Positions 20,790 to 32,732 of a stretch of 64,000 nucleotides of DNA are shown piece by piece (position 1 is the stretch's first letter; each line of letters opens with the position of its first letter). The position numbers and the translations under genes are program-made. Under the pieces are notes generated by a model. It did not search any database and was not told the origin of the DNA. It was given only the letters and a program-made list of their open reading frames with translations. The DNA is taken from NCBI GenBank assembly GCA_963785725.1, contig CAWAWS010000007.1, positions 704,001 through 768,000 on the forward strand, given 5' to 3'. This DNA comes from an uncultured delta proteobacterium (GTDB lineage Bacteria; Myxococcota_A; Polyangia; Palsa-1104).

Positions 20790-21707
20790 ATGCGGAGAAT
20801 CGGAATCATATCGGCCTGTCACGACGAGGACTGGCACGCGCAGCGGTTCGCGCTCGCCGCCGCCGGCCACGGTCGCGTCGACGTCGTCGCGCCGACCGCC
20901 TTCGCGGCCGCCGTCGGCGCCGGCGCGCCGCGCGTCACCATCGACGGCGTCGACAGCCGCGAATACGCCGTGCTGTTCACGCCGCGCGCGCTCGGTGACG
21001 ACGGCAATGCCGACGTCCAGCTCGAGCTCTACCGCGTCTTGGCCGCCTCGGGCGCGCGCCTGATCAACCCGATCGGTCCGCTGCTCGTCGCCATCGACAA
21101 GTTTCGCACCAGCTGGGAGTTGGCCGCGGCCGGCGTGCCCACGCCCGCCGCGCGCGTCGCGCAGACGGCGACGCAAGCGCGCGCCGCGCTGGCGGCGCTC
21201 GGCGACTCCGTGGCCAAGCCGCTCTACGGCTCGCTCGGTATCGACGTCGAGTCGCTCACCGAAAATGACGGCGCCCGCGCCGCGGCGCTCGTGGCCGAAC
21301 GGGGCGCGCTCTACCTTCAAGCGCGCGTGCGCGACGTGCAGCGCGATCTGCGCGTCTTCGTCATCGGTGCGCGGGTCGCGGCGGCGCTGGCGCGGCGACC
21401 GCGCGCGGGCGACTTCCGCGGCAACGTCGCGCGCGACGCCGAGCAGCGGCTCACCCAGGTCGACGCCGACGTGGCGCGCGTGGCCGTCGCCGCCTGCCGC
21501 GCGGTCGGCCTCGACTACGCCGGCGTCGATCTCGTCGTCGGCGCGCGCGGACCCGAGGTGCTGGAGGTGAACGGCACGCCGTCGTTTCGCGCCATCTACG
21601 ACGCCAGCGGTCGCGACATGGCTGAGGCGATCGTCGCGTACGCGCTGGATGCGCCCGGAATTTACGCAGTCAACGGAGAGGGTGAATGGCTAAGGCCGGC
21701 AACATGA
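20790..21707 (+). CDS. RimK/MptN/LysX-family ATP-grasp ligase
   Basis: DKFRT, VPTP, AKPLYGSLG, YLQ, DLRVFVIG, FRGNV, AGVDL, LEVNGTPSF. Confidence 0.88.
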   Translation: MRRIGIISACHDEDWHAQRFALAAAGHGRVDVVAPTAFAAAVGAGAPRVTIDGVDSREYAVLFTPRALGDDGNADVQLELYRVLAASGARLINPIGPLLVAIDKFRTSWELAAAGVPTPAARVAQTATQARAALAALGDSVAKPLYGSLGIDVESLTENDGARAAALVAERGALYLQARVRDVQRDLRVFVIGARVAAALARRPRAGDFRGNVARDAEQRLTQVDADVARVAVAACRAVGLDYAGVDLVVGARGPEVLEVNGTPSFRAIYDASGRDMAEAIVAYALDAPGIYAVNGEGEWLRPAT

Positions 21708-21934
21708 GCGTGCGTGAGGCGGGACGAAAAGGCGGCGAGAAGGGTGGCCAGACCACCAAAGCTCGCTACGGCTCGGACTACTACCGCGAGATCGGCCGGC
21801 GCGGCGGCGAGGCCGTGCGCGCGGCGCGCGGCCCCGAGTTCTACGAGGAAATTGGACGAAAGGGCGGCCAAAAGGTCAGAGCGCTGATCGCGGCCGCCAA
21901 ACGATCGATCGAGCAACCCCCTGCGAAGGAGTAG
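21686..21934 (+). CDS. KGG-repeat (GsiB/Em-like) stress protein 1
   Basis: MSVREAGRKGG, YYREIGRRGG, FYEEIGRKGG 20-aa repeats; RBS GGAGAGGG. Confidence 0.88.
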   Translation: MAKAGNMSVREAGRKGGEKGGQTTKARYGSDYYREIGRRGGEAVRAARGPEFYEEIGRKGGQKVRALIAAAKRSIEQPPAKE

Positions 21935-21937
21935 CGA

Positions 21938-22222
21938 ATGCCCGATGAGAAGAAGAGCGGCGGAATGACCGTCCGCGAGGCTGGTCGCAAAGGCGGACAA
22001 AAAGTCCGCGATGAGCGGGGCCACGCGTTTTACGAAGCCATCGGCCGCAAAGGCGGCGAGACCGTACGCGATCAACGTGGCCACGAGTTCTACGAGGAGA
22101 TCGGCCACAAAGGCGGCCAGAAGGTCAAAGAGCTGATCGCCGCCGGCAAGAAGCGCGCGGCCGAGGTCGCCGAGGAGGCGTTGAAAGCGCCGGCCAAAGA
22201 GGGCGGCGAAGGCAGCAAGTAA
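21938..22222 (+). CDS. KGG-repeat (GsiB/Em-like) stress protein 2
   Basis: MTVREAGRKGG, FYEAIGRKGG, FYEEIGHKGG; RBS AAGGAG. Confidence 0.88.
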   Translation: MPDEKKSGGMTVREAGRKGGQKVRDERGHAFYEAIGRKGGETVRDQRGHEFYEEIGHKGGQKVKELIAAGKKRAAEVAEEALKAPAKEGGEGSK

Positions 22223-22234
22223 CCGGCAGACGAC

Positions 22235-22344
22235 ATCGCGAATGGACCGTGTAGTCGGCCGTGGAGCCGCCGATACACGCTGCCATTCGGCGATTTAGCG
22301 ATAACCAGGACGACGCTCGTCGCGCGAATCGGCGCGAGCGAGCG
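22235..22344. terminator. Two GC-rich hairpins between convergent genes (terminator or structured RNA)
   Basis: ATCGCGAATGG-CGTGTA-TCGGC pairs with GCCGA-TACACG-CCATTCGGCGAT (22235-22294); second hairpin 22314-22344. Confidence 0.45.
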
Positions 22345-22360
22345 CTTGCGGCCGTTGTGT

Positions 22361-23002
22361 TTACGCGGCTTCCGCTTTGCGACCGAGGTGCTCGGCCAGC
22401 CGCGCCAGCGGCTCTTCAATCTCCGCGCACAACGACTCGGGCACGATCTTGTCCGCACGCGCGTGCGCCAAGAGCTCCATCAGTCGATTGATCGTCGACG
22501 TCATGCTCGTCAGGCGCTTCTCGTTCTGCTCCTCCGAAGGCACGGGAAACAGCGCTTCTTTATAGAGCCGCGTGATCTTCGGCAGCGTCGCGCCTTCGTC
22601 GAGCACGTGGCGGCGCAGCTCGGTCAACGTCTCGGGCGGCGCCTCCGTCTCCTCTTCGGCGCGGCGGAGAAAATCGACCGACTGCCAGCTCGGGATCGGC
22701 GCGTCACGCCCGTCGCGCTTCAAGATATCGGGCGCTTTGTTGCGCAAGAACGCGAACGAGCCGGTCAGCTTCTCGGCCGTGTCGCGCTTCAAGTGCAGCT
22801 CCTTGGCGCAATAATCCTCGAAGCTGCCGTAGCCCCACCGCTTGAAGTTGTCGCCGCGCTTGACCTCGACCAGCGCCTCGCCGAGCTCGAACCAGCTCGA
22901 CTTGAAGCGCCGAACGCGCGCGATCATCTCCGCCCGCTGCGGATCGTGCGCGTGGTGAATTTCCGAAGCGGCCAACACGTCATCGGTCTTGGTCCGTGCC
23001 AT
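22361..23002 (-). CDS. Hypothetical helical protein, possibly DNA-binding
   Basis: Coding-like composition; RRFKSSWFELGEALVEV...WGYGSFEDYCAKELHL. Confidence 0.75.
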   Translation of the reverse strand: MARTKTDDVLAASEIHHAHDPQRAEMIARVRRFKSSWFELGEALVEVKRGDNFKRWGYGSFEDYCAKELHLKRDTAEKLTGSFAFLRNKAPDILKRDGRDAPIPSWQSVDFLRRAEEETEAPPETLTELRRHVLDEGATLPKITRLYKEALFPVPSEEQNEKRLTSMTSTINRLMELLAHARADKIVPESLCAEIEEPLARLAEHLGRKAEAA

Positions 23003-23166
23003 TGGCGGGGGAAGATACACGACTGCGGTCGCCGGCTGTGTATGCGAAAAAACATCAGTGCCGGCGCTTACGGGACGGCGCCAACCTGTAATGTGAGCGC
23101 GGTCATTCCCGTGCGTTTACAAGATGGCGATGCTGCGTCATAATTTGGAGCTGCTGAGCGAGCGGA

Positions 23167-24942
<1,776 letters not shown>

Positions 24943-24967
24943 GACCTTGGCTTACGAGGGAGGGAAC

Positions 24968-25762
24968 ATGCGGGTGCGTAGCTTCATAGCGACGGTGACG
25001 TGTCTGGCGTTTACGGCGATGGTGGCGTGGCCGTATCGCGTCCACGCGCAGGAGGCCGCGCCGCCAGCCGCCGCGCCCGCCAACGACGACGCGACGATGG
25101 CGCAGGCCAAGCAGCACTTCGAGGCCGGCCGCAGCGCCTACAACGCCGGCGATTACGCGGGCTCGATTCGCGAGTTCAAGCAGGCCGAGGCGCTGCGTCC
25201 GTCGCCGGTGCTCGACTACAACATCGGGCTCGCCAACGAGAAGCTGGGCAAGCGCCGCGTGGCCGTGAAGTACTACCGGCACTACTTGGAGCTGCAGCCC
25301 AACGCGCCCAACAAAGACGAGGTGCAAGGTCGCATCACGTCGCTGGAAGCGGCCATCGCGCAGCAGCCGCCGGCGGCGCAAGGTCAGCCCGGCGGCAACG
25401 CGCCGCAGGCCGAAGAGGCGCCCGGCGACATGCCGCCGCCCGACGTCAACGCGCCGCAAGCGCAACAGGCGCAGGCGGCGAGCTACGATCCGTACGCGTC
25501 GGCGGCACCGGGACAAGCGCCGATCGTCAAGAAGAAGCACAGCTACTGGTGGATCTGGCTCATCGTCGCCGGCGGCGCGGCGCTGACGATCGGCCTCATC
25601 GTCTACGTCGCGCTCGTGGCCGAGTCGACGACCAGGAATTTCAACACCGTCGACGCGCTGCCCACGCGGTCGCCCGGCAGCGCGCTCAACCCAGCGCAAG
25701 GCAGCTCGATCGATCGGCAGCAGAAGCCCAGCTTCAACGGCGTCACGCTCTTCCACTTCTAG
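24968..25762 (+). CDS. Exported TPR protein with C-terminal TM helix
   Basis: Signal peptide ending VHA; AKQHFEAGRSAYNAGDY...YNIGLANEKLG...YLELQPNA; WWIWLIV TM. Confidence 0.8.
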   Translation: MRVRSFIATVTCLAFTAMVAWPYRVHAQEAAPPAAAPANDDATMAQAKQHFEAGRSAYNAGDYAGSIREFKQAEALRPSPVLDYNIGLANEKLGKRRVAVKYYRHYLELQPNAPNKDEVQGRITSLEAAIAQQPPAAQGQPGGNAPQAEEAPGDMPPPDVNAPQAQQAQAASYDPYASAAPGQAPIVKKKHSYWWIWLIVAGGAALTIGLIVYVALVAESTTRNFNTVDALPTRSPGSALNPAQGSSIDRQQKPSFNGVTLFHF

Positions 25763-25982
25763 TCTCGCCTCGTCGCCGCGTTTCCTCGCAGGATTCCGTG
25801 TAAACAGCCGCGTTCCGCTGTAACTGCGCGCTTTGCCGCTGTCGAATCGTTCCCCACCGGCGCACACCGCAAGTGTGCGACAAGGCGTACCTGCGCGGTC
25901 CCTCAAGGCTGGTCTCGGCTCTGCACTGTCGCGAGCTCACCAGAAGCTTCACCACTCCTTTCCGAAGGCATAGGGGACCGAG

Positions 25983-27764
25983 ATGAGAGTCGTCATTCGA
26001 TCGCTGATGAGCGTGATGTTCGCGGCCACCATCGCCGGCTGCGGGGGCAGCGGCGCGACGGGCAGCGCGGGCGGCAGCGGCAACGCCGGCGGCACGCTCG
26101 GCAACGCGGGCGGCAGCGGCAACGCCGGCGGCGGCGATCCGACCGGCAACGCGGGCGGCAGCGGCAACGCCGGCGGCGGCGACGCGGGCGGCGGCGGCGA
26201 TCCGACGGGCAACGCCGGCGGCGGCGGCACGACGACGAGCGGCCCCGGCTGTGGCGCGACCGTGTGGATGATGAACACGCAGTACGCCGTCGGTGCGATC
26301 GTCTTCTACACGCCGAACGGCATGTATTACATCGCGACCAACGCGAATCCCGGCTACGATCCGACGGTCAGCACCTGGTTCTGGAGCCCGTACACGTGCA
26401 CGACCGGCGCCGGTGGCGGCGGCGGCAGCGCGGGCGGCGGCGGCACGGCCGGCGGCGGCGGAACGGCTGGCGGCGGCGGCAGCGCCGGCGGCGGCGGCAC
26501 GCCGGTCGGCGGCAACACCGGACCCTACGATCGCATCGGCTACTTCGCGCAGTGGGGCATCTACGGCCGCAACTTCCCGGTCAAGAGCGTCGTCGACACC
26601 GGCGAAGCCGACAAGCTCACCGTCATCAATTACGCGTTCGAGAACATCGACCCGGTCAACTTCACCTGCCTCATGGCGACGAAGGCTTCAGGCACCGACG
26701 GCAACGATCCGTCGCAAGGTGACGGCGCCGGCGATCAGTTCGCCGATTACACGAAGTCGTTCGACGCGACCACCTCCGTCGACGGCGTGGCCGACGTCTA
26801 CTCGCAGACGCTCAAGGGCAACTTCAACCAGCTCAAGAAGCTGAAGGGGAAATATCCCAACTTGAAGGTCGTCGTCTCGCTCGGCGGCTGGACGTTCTCC
26901 AAGTTCTTCTCCGACGTCGCGGCCACGGACGCGTCGCGCAAGAAGTTCGTCGCGTCGTGCATCGACATGTACATCGCCGGCAACATTCCCGTGTCCGACG
27001 GCGCCGGCGGACCGGGCACCGCTGCCGGCATCTTCGACGGCTTCGACCTCGACTGGGAGTGGCCGGGCGGCGACACCGGCCATCCCGGCAACCACTACAG
27101 CGCCGCCGACAAGACCAACTATGGCCTGCTCATGACCGAGTTCCGCACGGAGCTCGACGCGCTCGGCAAGCATTACCTCCTGAGCGCGTTCTTGCCGGCC
27201 GATCCGGGCAAGATCTCGGCGGGCATCGACTTGCCGACGGTGTTCAAGGCGCTCGACTACGGCGACGTGCAGGGCTACGACTTCCACGGCGACTGGGAGC
27301 CGACGCAGACGAACCATGGCGCGGCCCTCTACGATCCGGCGGGCGACCCGTCGACGTCGAAGTTTTCGGGCGACATCGCCATCAACGCGTACTTGTCACA
27401 AGGCGTGAAAGCGAGCCAGATCACGCTCGGCCTGCCGCTCTACGGCTACGGCTGGACCGGGGTCACCGCCGGCAGCAACCACGGCTTGTGGCAGCCCGCG
27501 ACCGGCCTCGCCAGCGGCGTTTGGGTGCCCGGCACCAACGACTACAAGGTCCTAAAGCCCATGTTCGCGACGGTCTACCACGACACGACGGCGATGGCGG
27601 CCTGGGGCTACGACGGCACCAACTTCTGGACGTTCGACGATCCGTGGGTCTTCGGCCAGAAGGCGGCGTACATCAAGGCCAAGCAGCTGCGCGGCGCCAT
27701 GGTCTGGGAGCTCGACGGCGACGACGGCTCGCTCATGACCGCGCTCGACGCCGGCCTCAAGTAG
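25983..27764 (+). CDS. GH18 chitinase lipoprotein with CBM5/12 module and Gly-rich linkers
   Basis: Lipobox IAGC; WMMNTQYAVGAIV...WFWSP (CBM); GYFAQWGIYGRNF, SLGGWT, FDGFDLDWEWP, YDFHG, GAMVWELDGD. Confidence 0.95.
   Translation: MRVVIRSLMSVMFAATIAGCGGSGATGSAGGSGNAGGTLGNAGGSGNAGGGDPTGNAGGSGNAGGGDAGGGGDPTGNAGGGGTTTSGPGCGATVWMMNTQYAVGAIVFYTPNGMYYIATNANPGYDPTVSTWFWSPYTCTTGAGGGGGSAGGGGTAGGGGTAGGGGSAGGGGTPVGGNTGPYDRIGYFAQWGIYGRNFPVKSVVDTGEADKLTVINYAFENIDPVNFTCLMATKASGTDGNDPSQGDGAGDQFADYTKSFDATTSVDGVADVYSQTLKGNFNQLKKLKGKYPNLKVVVSLGGWTFSKFFSDVAATDASRKKFVASCIDMYIAGNIPVSDGAGGPGTAAGIFDGFDLDWEWPGGDTGHPGNHYSAADKTNYGLLMTEFRTELDALGKHYLLSAFLPADPGKISAGIDLPTVFKALDYGDVQGYDFHGDWEPTQTNHGAALYDPAGDPSTSKFSGDIAINAYLSQGVKASQITLGLPLYGYGWTGVTAGSNHGLWQPATGLASGVWVPGTNDYKVLKPMFATVYHDTTAMAAWGYDGTNFWTFDDPWVFGQKAAYIKAKQLRGAMVWELDGDDGSLMTALDAGLK
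26067..26500 (+). repeat. Coding tandem repeats in the chitinase linkers
   Basis: GNAGG six times (about 26079-26225) and GGGG(S/T)A 18-bp units (about 26415-26500). Confidence 0.8.
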
Positions 27765-27882
27765 TCGATTCACCCGATAGATCTACAAGCAAATCACGTC
27801 TGTTTTCCCTCCAGCTCAGGTTGACGGGAGCCCGCGAACGAGGATAAGAGGTGGCATCCCTCATCCTGGGCTGGAGGAATAG

Positions 27883-29289
27883 ATGTCCCGTTCGTTGTCG
27901 TTGGTTTCGTGGGCGGCGCTGGTGCTGCTGGCGGGTTGCGTCGAGCAGCAGAACGACATGCCGAGCGAGGAGGACGTCAAGGCCGCGCACGAGAACGTCC
28001 TGGCGACGGCGCCGGCCAAGATTCAGCATCCCAACGACGGCGTGCTCGACGACAAGCTGGAGTATCTCGGCGTCGACGTCGATACCGATACGGTCACGCC
28101 GGGCAAGGCGTTCACGCTCACCCATTATTGGCGCGTGCTGGCGCCGGTGGGCGACGACTGGAAGCTGTTCGTTCACCTCGAGACGCCGGACTCGAAGAAG
28201 AACCACTTGAACGCCGATCACGTGCCGATCGGCGGCAAATATCCGCTGGCGCTGTGGAAGAAGGGCGAGATCATCCGCGACATCCATCGCGTCTCGGTGC
28301 CGCAGTCGTGGCCGGGCAGCGAGGTCGACATCTATGTCGGCGCTTGGAAGGGCCCGCTGCGCATGAAGCCGACCAAAGGGCCGCACGACACCGAGAATCG
28401 TATCCTCGCGGTCAAGCTGCCGGTGCAGTCGGCGACGCCGGTCGTCGAGAAGAAGCGGATCATCGCGCGCAAGATCAAGAACGGCGCCATCAAGCTCGAC
28501 GGCAAGCTCGACGAAAAAGAGTGGGCCGACGCGGCGTCGACGGGCGACTTCGTGCGCTCGATCGATGGGCAGCCGGCCGAGCAGAAGACGTTCGCCAAAG
28601 TGCTGTACGACGACAAGAATCTCTACGTCGCGTTCCAGAACAGCGACACCGACGTGTGGACGACGCTCGACAAGCACGACGACAAGCTGTGGACGCAGGA
28701 AGCGGACGAGCTGTTCATCGACGCCGACGGCGACGGCAAGTCGTACATCGAGCTGCAGGCGAACGCCAAGGGCGCGACGTTCGATTCGTATTTGCCGACC
28801 TATCGCCAGAACCAGAACGACTTCGAGTCGGGGCTGAAGGCGGCGGCGCACGTCGACGGCACGCTCAACAAGCGCGACGATCAGGACAAGGGCTGGACGC
28901 TGGAGCTGGCGTTCCCGCTCGAGTCGGCCAAGGGCAAGGAGAAGGAGATGAAGAACGTGCCGCCGAAGCTCGGAACCGAGTGGCGCGTGAACTTCTTCCG
29001 CATGGATCAGCCGACCGGTCGTCCGCAGGCGGGCACGGCTTGGTCGCCGCCGATGGTCGGTGACTTCCACTCGCTCGACAAGTTCGGCATCCTCGTGTTC
29101 GGCGACGACAAGGGCAAGGCGCCCACGCTCGTCGTGCCGGCGGCGCCGAACGCCGACAAGAAGGCCGATGCCACGCCGCCCGCCGCGACGCCGCCCGCCG
29201 CGCCGGCGACGCCGCCGTCGGGCGCTTCGGCCGCGCCGACGAGCGGCATCAAGATGATGCACGCGCTGCGTAAGCCCCTCACGCAGTAG
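27883..29289 (+). CDS. Lipoprotein with carbohydrate-binding family 9-like (DOMON-fold) domain
   Basis: Lipobox LAGC; IKLDGKLDEKEW, LYDDKNLYVAF, ELFIDADGDG, WTLELAFP, WRVNFFR, WSP. Confidence 0.85.
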   Translation: MSRSLSLVSWAALVLLAGCVEQQNDMPSEEDVKAAHENVLATAPAKIQHPNDGVLDDKLEYLGVDVDTDTVTPGKAFTLTHYWRVLAPVGDDWKLFVHLETPDSKKNHLNADHVPIGGKYPLALWKKGEIIRDIHRVSVPQSWPGSEVDIYVGAWKGPLRMKPTKGPHDTENRILAVKLPVQSATPVVEKKRIIARKIKNGAIKLDGKLDEKEWADAASTGDFVRSIDGQPAEQKTFAKVLYDDKNLYVAFQNSDTDVWTTLDKHDDKLWTQEADELFIDADGDGKSYIELQANAKGATFDSYLPTYRQNQNDFESGLKAAAHVDGTLNKRDDQDKGWTLELAFPLESAKGKEKEMKNVPPKLGTEWRVNFFRMDQPTGRPQAGTAWSPPMVGDFHSLDKFGILVFGDDKGKAPTLVVPAAPNADKKADATPPAATPPAAPATPPSGASAAPTSGIKMMHALRKPLTQ

Positions 29290-29298
29290 TCTTTCGTC

Positions 29299-30396
29299 AT
29301 GAACGAGGTCGTCGACGTCCTCCTGCATCCGTCGCGCTGGGGCGCCGACGCCGACCAACTTCGCCCGCTCACCCGCGTTTACCTCGCGTTCCTCACGCTC
29401 CTCGTCACCTTCGGCTGCTCGATCATCGCCGGCTGGCTCGGCGCGCGCTGGGCCCATCGGCGCACCCAAGACGCGACCAGCGAGCGCAACGAGGTGACGA
29501 TCGTTCGGCTGCGGCGCGAGTTCGTGGCCATCGTGCTCTTCATCGGCGGCTATCTCGCGGTGGAGATGGCGCCGCTGCCGCTCAAGATCGAGCGCATCTT
29601 GGCCGGGGGCACGTTCGTGCTGGGCGCGTTCGTGTGCGCGCAGCTGGTCATTCGGCTGGTCGCGCTCTTACTGACGTCGTCGGTCACGCACGTCAACGGG
29701 CACGAGCGCTCGCGGCTCGAGCGCGAATATGTGCCGCTGGCCGAGAAGGTGACGTGGCTGGCGGTGACGCTGATCTACGTCGCCGTCGTCGCCAAATATT
29801 TCGGCAAGGACGTCTCGTCGCTGGTGGCGGCGCTCGGCGTCGGCTCGCTGGCGATTGGTCTCGCGGCGCAAGCGACGTTGGGCAACATGTTCGCCGGCTT
29901 CATCCTGCTCGTCGATCGGCCGTTTCGACCGGGCGATCGCATCAAGCTGGCGACGGGCGAGTCGGGCGAAGTGTCGGAGATAGGCGTGCGCTCGACGAAG
30001 ATCGTGATGGGCGACAGCAACCTGCTGGTCGTGCCCAACAGCGAGCTGGCCAACACGCGGGTCGTCAACTACGCGCTGCCGACGTCGGCGACGCGCGGCG
30101 AGGTCAAGGTCGTCGTCGTGCCCGAGTCCGACATCGATCGCGCGACGGCGATCTTGCTGGCGCTGACGGCCACGGACGAGCGCATCGCCAAGGCGCCGGC
30201 GCCGCTCGTGCGCGTGTCGGCGTTGACCGAGCGCGGCGTGGAGCTGGCGCTCGGCTTCAACGTCAACTCGCACATCGACGGCGGGATGGTCGAAGAGTCG
30301 CTGCGGCGCGGGTTACTGAAGAAATTTCGCAGCGAGAAGATCGAGATCGCCTACTACAAGTCGTCGCAAGGCGTGCCCAGCGGCTCGCCGGTATAA
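29299..30396 (+). CDS. Small-conductance mechanosensitive channel (MscS family)
   Basis: LGVGSLAIGLAAQATLGNMFAG, DRPFRPGDRI, IGVRST, VPNS. Confidence 0.93.
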   Translation: MNEVVDVLLHPSRWGADADQLRPLTRVYLAFLTLLVTFGCSIIAGWLGARWAHRRTQDATSERNEVTIVRLRREFVAIVLFIGGYLAVEMAPLPLKIERILAGGTFVLGAFVCAQLVIRLVALLLTSSVTHVNGHERSRLEREYVPLAEKVTWLAVTLIYVAVVAKYFGKDVSSLVAALGVGSLAIGLAAQATLGNMFAGFILLVDRPFRPGDRIKLATGESGEVSEIGVRSTKIVMGDSNLLVVPNSELANTRVVNYALPTSATRGEVKVVVVPESDIDRATAILLALTATDERIAKAPAPLVRVSALTERGVELALGFNVNSHIDGGMVEESLRRGLLKKFRSEKIEIAYYKSSQGVPSGSPV

Positions 30397-31166
30397 ACGC
30401 CGAGGTCGGTGTAAATGAGGACGTGGTTGTCGTCGATCGGCACCCACGTCAGCTTCGTCGGCTTCGAGTTCTGAATCCAGCTCGTCTCCTGCTTGCCGAT
30501 GATGAGCCGCAATTCGCCGTGCTTCGTCGAGAAGATGTCGCCTTGCGAATCGGAGACGACGTTGACCATCTTCTGCGGCTTGAGCGCGCCTTTTTGGCCG
30601 GCCCACAAGCGGAAGCTCTTGGAATCCTCGGGCTCGCGCTGGCGGTCGACGTAGTAGTACTTGCCGGTGTTGTCGCGCGCCAAGGCGTAGGCGCGATGCT
30701 GCCAGCGGCTCTTGTAGAACGTGGCCGCGCCGATCATCGTCTTGGCGTCGGCGTCGGACGACTTGGTGAGCGCGGTCTTGCGCTCGTTACACTGGACCTC
30801 GAGCGCGGCCGGCTTGCCGTCCTTGTTCTTGTAGTCGAGGCTGGCTTGGTAAGGCGCGTTGACGCGCGGCTCCCAGAACGTGCGGTCGAGGCTCTTCAGA
30901 TCTTTGTCGTCGCCTTCGGAGCCGCCGCCGCCGATGCGCAGCTGGTAGAAATTCTTGCCGTCGTTGGACCAGAAGACCGGCGAGTCACTGTTGGTCGTCA
31001 ACGCCAGCGCGACGAAGTGCTTCTTGCCGTCGCTCCAGATGGTCAGCGCGTCTTTGACGGCGGTCACGTCGACAGTCGCCGGTTTCGGGTCGGCCGGCAG
31101 CGGCGCAGCGACGGCAAATTGGGGTACCGCTAGTGCCAGCACGACAGAGAATAGGTGGCGTCTCAT
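30354..31166 (-). CDS. Exported hypothetical protein
   Basis: Signal peptide; strong GC3 codon bias; ALARDNTGKYYYVD, IYTDLGVYTGEPLGTPCD. Confidence 0.8.
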   Translation of the reverse strand: MRRHLFSVVLALAVPQFAVAAPLPADPKPATVDVTAVKDALTIWSDGKKHFVALALTTNSDSPVFWSNDGKNFYQLRIGGGGSEGDDKDLKSLDRTFWEPRVNAPYQASLDYKNKDGKPAALEVQCNERKTALTKSSDADAKTMIGAATFYKSRWQHRAYALARDNTGKYYYVDRQREPEDSKSFRLWAGQKGALKPQKMVNVVSDSQGDIFSTKHGELRLIIGKQETSWIQNSKPTKLTWVPIDDNHVLIYTDLGVYTGEPLGTPCDDL

Positions 31167-31190
31167 GGTGGCACTATACTACGCAGGTCC

Positions 31191-32728
<1,538 letters not shown>

Positions 32729-32732
<4 letters not shown>

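Noticed and set aside
26067..26500. Tandem repeats as a possible CRISPR or non-coding array
   Set aside because: In-frame Gly-rich linker codons inside the chitinase, with no unique spacers and no cas genes.
31169..31185. TGGCACTATACTACGC sigma54-like box before the kinase
   Set aside because: Spacing is GG-N11-GC and it is too close to the ATG.
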